Shown: positions 1-64,000 of the stretch, one piece after another
Layout: every line of letters starts with the position of its first letter
Position numbering within the stretch: the first letter of the stretch is position 1
Assembly: GCF_964204645.1 (NCBI RefSeq)
Contig: NC_134029.1
Location: 2,046,001-2,110,000 of the forward strand
Length of the DNA: 64,000 bases
From: Tubulanus polymorphus
Taxonomy: Eukaryota; Animalia; Nemertea
Direction of reading: 5' to 3'
Made by a program: the position numbers and the translations under genes
Notes under the pieces: model-generated
What the model saw: the letters and a program-made list of their open reading frames with translations, nothing else
Databases searched by the model: none
Told to the model about the DNA's origin: nothing

Positions 1-66
1 TGGCTTATATTGAGAGGTATCACATGCATTTAGATTTCTTTCTAAGGATCATGAATTGTTTTTCAG

Positions 67-64000
<63,934 letters not shown>

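Overview
Eukaryotic (animal-type, AT-rich, short-intron) genomic DNA. The whole window is an internal part of one very large + strand gene; no start codon, signal peptide or stop codon is visible. I counted about 240 exons by hand, separated mostly by 70-130 bp GT-AG introns. Every exon I measured is a multiple of 3 and flanked by phase-1 introns. About 220 exons encode 1-5 copies each of a 29-34 aa six-cysteine antistasin-like module (C-x4-C-x3-C-x11-C-x3-C-x-C-x2, about 20% Cys and 40% Arg+Lys, almost no Asp/Glu). Eighteen exons of exactly 165 bp each encode one Kunitz/BPTI domain; 16 of them lack both CysII and CysIV and two keep all six Cys. The window alone encodes roughly 13,000 aa (extrapolated from 4227 coding bp in the first 6.6 kb), giving a giant, extremely cationic, disulfide-rich modular protein whose inhibitor-derived folds mostly look non-inhibitory. 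Other elements: a recent ~6.6 kb tandem duplication, recurring multi-exon cassettes, gene-conversion-like patches, a 218 bp Penelope-like insertion with a 13 bp TSD and a truncated hammerhead-like motif, a GC-AG intron, a (TA)71 microsatellite and a possible SINE fragment. The supplied ORFs are exon-plus-intron read-throughs or shadow frames. The host species cannot be determined from this sequence.
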